Made by a program: the position numbers and the translations under genes. 64,000 bases of DNA from Lytechinus pictus (taxonomy: Eukaryota). This document shows positions 63,444-64,000 of this stretch, piece after piece (within the stretch, counting starts at the first letter, position 1; every line of letters begins with the position of its first letter). A model generated the notes under the pieces. That model saw only the letters and a list, made by a program, of their open reading frames with translations, made no database searches and was not told where the DNA came from. The stretch covers positions 13,890,001 through 13,954,000 of the forward strand of contig NC_087245.1 in the NCBI RefSeq assembly GCF_037042905.1, given 5' to 3'.

Positions 63444-64000
63444 TTGAACATCAATCTGCTCCCCCCCCCCCATAGTTCAAACATCAATTTTGCGCCCTAG
63501 TCTGAACATTAATTTGTCGCACCTATTTTGAATAAAACAATTTGGCGCCCCTAAATCGAACATCAATTTGGCCCCGCTAGTTCGAACATAAATTTGGCGC
63601 CCACCTAGTTCAAACATTAAATTGGCGCCCCTAGTTTTAACATTAATTTTGCGCCCTATTCTGAACATTAATTTGTCGCCCCTAGTTTGAACAACAATTT
63701 GACGCCCCTAGTTCGAACATCAATTCGCCCCCACCCACGTTCAAACATCAATTTGGCGCCCCCCCCTAGTTTGAACATTAATTCGCCCCCCTAGTTTGAA
63801 CATCAATTTTGCGCCCCTTAGTTTGAACATCAATTTGCCCCCCCCCCCCCCCCGTAGTTCAACCATCAATTCGGCGCCCCTAGTTCGAACATCAATTCGG
63901 CGCCCCCCTATGTCGAACATAAATTTGGAGCCCCTGGGTAGAACATCACTTCGGCGCCCCTATGTCGAACTTCAATTCGGCGCCCCAGGTTCGAACATCA
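63444..64000. repeat. ~26-30 bp minisatellite (consensus GTTCGAACATCAATTTGGCGCCCCTA), runs off the window
   Basis: About 20 contiguous degenerate units, no unique spacers. Confidence 0.92.

Noticed and set aside
63444..64000. CRISPR-like array
   Set aside because: Units are contiguous and degenerate with no unique spacers; eukaryotic context, no cas genes.

Overview
AT-rich, repeat-dense eukaryotic genomic DNA. The repeat families suggest a marine invertebrate, probably a sea urchin (inference, not verified). Host genes: a UDP-glucuronosyltransferase with an intronless CDS (30629-32272), a two-exon RING/B-box/coiled-coil/beta-propeller TRIM gene (46835-49178), and a probable first coding exon of a histamine N-methyltransferase-like gene (62607-62805). 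Mobile DNA: an apparently intact L1/Tx1-type LINE with an unusually long 3.3 kb inter-ORF spacer; two Academ-type DNA transposons (a 6.5 kb element with ~1.34 kb inverted arms around a dead Ty3/gypsy pol, and a 936 bp AcademH-like element with a RecQ helicase fragment and 9 bp TSD); a TU-like foldback element; a Helentron-type non-autonomous element; and many hAT-, Kolobok- and Tc1-like MITEs, SINE/LINE fragments and minisatellites, often nested. The most unusual signal is a ~400 bp (TA)n-embedded repeat, present in 3 tRNA-bearing copies, with an internal 72-nt tRNA cloverleaf, a UCA (UGA-reading) anticodon and a Pol III terminator. It is neither tRNA-Sec-shaped nor arranged like a normal SINE. 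All calls were made by eye; no searches were run.
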